The translations under genes and the position numbers were made by a program. The notes under the pieces were generated by a model. That model was not told where the DNA came from. It saw only the letters and a program-made list of their open reading frames with translations, and searched no databases. A DNA stretch of 64,000 nt from Lepidodermella squamata (lineage: Eukaryota > Animalia > Gastrotricha), in contig JBLDXI010000033.1 of the NCBI GenBank assembly GCA_047495785.1, positions 1,612,001 to 1,676,000 of the forward strand, given 5' to 3'. Of this stretch, positions 60,301 to 64,000 are shown piece after piece. Each line of letters opens with the position of its first letter. Within the stretch, counting starts at the first letter, position 1.

Positions 60301-62642
60301 ACCTGGATCTGGCAGCTATTTGTTACCAAGTAATTTGACATTTACTGTTGCCAAGGGTTGAATTTTCACTACATTCTTTTCAGCGAAAACGGAATTTATT
60401 CCAGCGATCTCAAGGCCCCAGATACCATGACAACCTGGGTGGTGACCGGCTTATCGCTAAATAAAGCTGATGGTTTCCAGTCTTTGGCAGAACCCGTTGA
60501 AGTAATTACTTCAGATTCGATTTTCCACCTCTCCATTCTCTGATTTTACAATAGCTTGTGACGCTTCAAGAGTTTTTTGTCGACATCGATATCGCTCAGC
60601 CAGTCATGATCCGTGGCGAGAAGATGCAGATCAAGCTGAGCGTGTTCAACTACCTCGAAAGAGCTAACTCAATCAACATCGAACTGCCTCAGTCCACCGA
60701 TTTCGAATTCAGCACTAATGGTTCAGTATTCGGAACTGAAACCCTGGCCTGGACTTTGAGTGTCGAGCCTAATCAAGCCTCCGCTGTTTCGGTCTGGATC
60801 AAGCCGTTGTCAGTCGGCAAGCTCAATTTGACCCTTAAAGGCGCGTCTGAAATCGGCACTGATACGATGCGGAAAGAAATCAATGTCAAAGCTGAGGGCG
60901 AGACTCGTTATGCCAACAAGCCGCTCTTCTTCCGCCTCGACAAGTCCACGAAAACTGCCACCGCAAAAATCTCAGTCGATGAGCTGCTGTTAGGCGATGT
61001 CGTTACCGGTTCGAAACAGTTCCAACTCGCGGCGACTGGCGACATCATCGGCCCAACCCTGGCGAATCTAGACAGCCAAGTTCGCCTGCCAACTGGCTGC
61101 GGCGAACAGACTATGATCAAATTTGCTCCCAACGTCTACATCTACAAGTACCTGGCCGCGAATGGATTGCTGACTGAAGAACTTGAGACCAAGATCAAAA
61201 ATTTCATCGACGAAGGTTACAAGCACGAGCTAGAATACCAACACGAAGGCGGTGGTTTCAGCGTTTTTGGCAAGAGTGACGGGCAGGCTAGCACTTGGCT
61301 GACAGCTTTCGTATTACGCTGCTTCCACGCTGCTGAAAAATACTTGAAAACCAACATCGAGCCTCGAGTTCTGGAGCTATCCTGGTCGCATATCAAAAGC
61401 AAGGCCCAGGACGATGGGTTGTTCGAAGACAAGGGCCGTATGTACGACTTTGGGCTGAAAGGTGGTGCAACAAGCGACGCAACCCTCGCCGCCTACATCT
61501 ACACCACGTTCGCCGAGGCTGGTGGAAACGAGGAGAAATACGGCTGGAAATCACTGGTGAAAACCCGGGCTCTCATCTTTGCGGCAGCGGATTGCGACGA
61601 CGCCTACCGTCTAGCACTATCCGCCTACGCTTTGTCCATTCTTCCAGAAGACAAGGCCAATTCACTGGTCGTTTTAAGCAAGTTGATGTCTCTAGCAGTT
61701 GAGGATGGGGAGGGTCTCGTGCATTGGACTATTCTACCGAAATCTGACTCGAATCCGATTGAAATCGAAACAGCTGGCTATGCGATTTTGGCGCTGGTTA
61801 AACATGGGAGGATCGAGAAAGCAATTTCGGTCGCTCGTTGGTTGATGACGAAGCGCAACTCGAACGGCGGCTTCATATCGACTCAGGACACCATAGTCGC
61901 CCTTCACGCCCTCGCCGAGATCGCAACGCACCTCGTCAACGACGACTCGGCTTCACTGACAGTCGAATCCAAGTTCAAGTTCGAAGATGCATCTGATGTC
62001 GATCGTCAATTCCATATTGACGACGCGAATTCCCGTGAGTTCCAGATTTTCGAACCAGAAAACCAGCAATCGCTGCGAGAAGTCGAAATTTCGATCTCAG
62101 GAACCGGCAATTTGCTGGTTCAGCTTTCGTCTCGCTACCACGTTCACACGGCTAATTCGAAAATTCTGGACTCGGGCGACTTCGAAACCAAGACTTCTTC
62201 ACTTGACGTCGCGAATGATTTCTCATTAGCGCCCAAAGTTTGCATCAGGTATTTTTTAATTTTTTAATTACCTATTAATTAGTGATTTTACTCGAATTAC
62301 AGTGCCTTGACTGATCGAGCTGAGCAGGGTGGCATGGTTCTGCTCGAACTGGAATTACCGACCGGCTACATCTCCGATCAATCTGATACCAAGTCAGTTA
62401 ATCAGGCTGAATCCTTGCTGAAGCTGATCGAATTTCCAACCGAGCCTAAACAACGCAAGATTGTGTTCTACTTCAACAAATTGGAGAAAAATCGCGAGGT
62501 TTGCGTGATTGCTGTCATGCGATCGGTTGCTAAAACTGGCGACGTAAAGCCGGCAATTGCTCGAGTTTACGCCTACTACTCGCCCAATGTCATGTTCAAA
62601 ACGACGGATTACACCCCGATTTGGACCAGCGTCACCGCGTAG
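57400..62642 (+). CDS. Thioester-containing protein (TEP/CD109/alpha-2-macroglobulin-like), multi-exon, secreted
   Basis: Signal MRVFTLLFYIAYLVGSAVFA; FIQLDKVSYKPGQ, YVLPKF, VRQFFPETWIW, PDTMTTW, intact thioester GCGEQ, STWLTAFV, GGFISTQDT, LPTGY receptor-binding domain. Confidence 0.92.
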
Positions 62643-64000
62643 AACAATCTAATACATAGTGACTCTCTTTGAGTTCGACTCATCTTTTAATTTTCATGAA
62701 CTTGAATGATTGATATCTTGAACTTAATTTCACTTCAAAAATGTTATGAACAGATCGTTTCAAATAAAGAATTCAGCTTGAAGGCTGGCTCATCCGAAAA
62801 TGTAATGATTTTTAACGAGTTTCAACGATTTTGAGGCGCAGACATTCATCGGCTGGCCTGTGAAATGCTAAGGTTTCAAGCTGGACCTTGAGGTCGAAGT
62901 CGAGGTCGAGGTCGAAATGTTACTGATCAAAGGTCCTGGCAGGGCCTTTTTGGAAAAATTGAGAATTGAGAATAAAGAACTGTTTCGACCTCCGAATTTC
63001 TCGTTATTTGAAAAAAATACAAATGCTCAAAATACCGCTCATCTACTTCATCCACAGGTGAGCTTAGTAAATATTTGACGCTGTTTATTAAACTGATCGC
63101 TCATCGTGGTTTCGATGTTTACCAATCCATAAAAACTGTGAGATTAAATCGATCAGGCACTGCTCCGCCAATTGTCATACCTTCGCATCAGTTGTATTGA
63201 ATGAAAAGTGAACACGCCGCATTCATCCATGCAATTTTTTTGAAATTTATGAAAAATATTCCGACCTTGCAACAACCACGACGCTAAGTCCTAATAGCTT
63301 TAACAGTAAAATCGAACAGTGCCGTTATCGATTTTGCTCTGTTGACAATTAATTAGAGAATCATTGATTTAAGGCTAATAGTTGGAAGCAGGAATCGCAC
63401 CTTTCCCAACTTGTAACTTCAAGTAAATTTTGGTGCTGGTTCTGAGTCATCCTCATCGAAGTTTCTAATACATTTTCCCGACTATCTCGGACTAATCACG
63501 TGATTTTTCTAGATTCCTCAGAATGTCGTCACGAAAATATATGTAGCATTATTATTTAAATCAATTACTAATACTTATAGCCATGCTCATTATGCCCTTG
63601 TAATCTTGTAATGCATTTTTAATATTATTTTTCTACCTCATCGTCTCTCGTCATCGTATTCTTCAAGGAAATAACGCTATAATATGAAGAGAAAGGACTG
63701 TGTAGCAAAAAATTACGACTCCCAAGAGTCAGGCTCCTCGTCTATTCATCTATAAATATTTTATGCAGATTAGTTTTCTATACTCGAGCGAAAAAAAACG
63801 AAACAATAATTGAATGATTTTCCGCATCGCCGGCGCTGCTCGCCGTATACTTGCGACATAGCGGCGCCTTATTCGGCACTGCGCCGGCCGCATTATTCCG
63901 GAAAACCGCTGTGTGAGAGAATCGAATGTATCGGGCGCGAAATAAAGGCGTGACAACGAATCGATAGCGGCATTTCATTTGTTGAAAAAACAGCGCAGAT

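Noticed and set aside
62885-62920. Short GAGGTC/GAAGTC tandem repeat
   Set aside because: About 4-5 imperfect units, no associated feature.
1-64000. CRISPR arrays, rRNA, tRNA, transposons
   Set aside because: None recognised by eye; the DNA is eukaryotic and the repeats are coding duplications. A tRNAscan/Rfam/RepeatMasker run would be needed to exclude small elements.

Overview
Compact, intron-containing eukaryotic DNA: typical GT-AG introns of about 45-60 nt and metazoan gene families, most likely a small-genome invertebrate. The species cannot be assigned from the sequence alone. From left to right the window holds: (1) the 5' part of a secreted mosaic PAN/IgGFc-binding/SUEL/F5-8C/sushi gene; (2) two intronless, paralogous GABA-B-like class C GPCRs (5.4-7.8 kb and 21.7-23.9 kb) that bracket a cluster of 13 tiny spliced secreted-peptide genes largely missed by the ORF track, all with signal peptide, a phase-1 intron, a mature peptide beginning with a lone Cys, usually an R-S/A-F/L motif, and a Tyr/Asp-rich tail; (3) two further orphan secreted genes and an EamA transporter; (4) a GT32 glycosyltransferase with a LamG-like domain; (5) eight tandem arginine-kinase units (28.8-42.5 kb, minus strand). 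These are not eight separate genes by their boundaries: each is a phase-2 exon, only the last has a true stop, and together they predict one ~2,804-aa eight-domain phosphagen kinase, with internal first exons that could give 4-, 2- and 1-domain isoforms; (6) a divergent ninth kinase with NEED->NEGD; (7) a LamG-like membrane/GPI protein, a signal-peptide-bearing ankyrin protein, a long small heat-shock protein, spinster, and a thioester protein (TEP/CD109/A2M-like) whose bait region contains R-IVGG. All gene models were assembled by hand from splice consensus and frame, with no transcript or database evidence.
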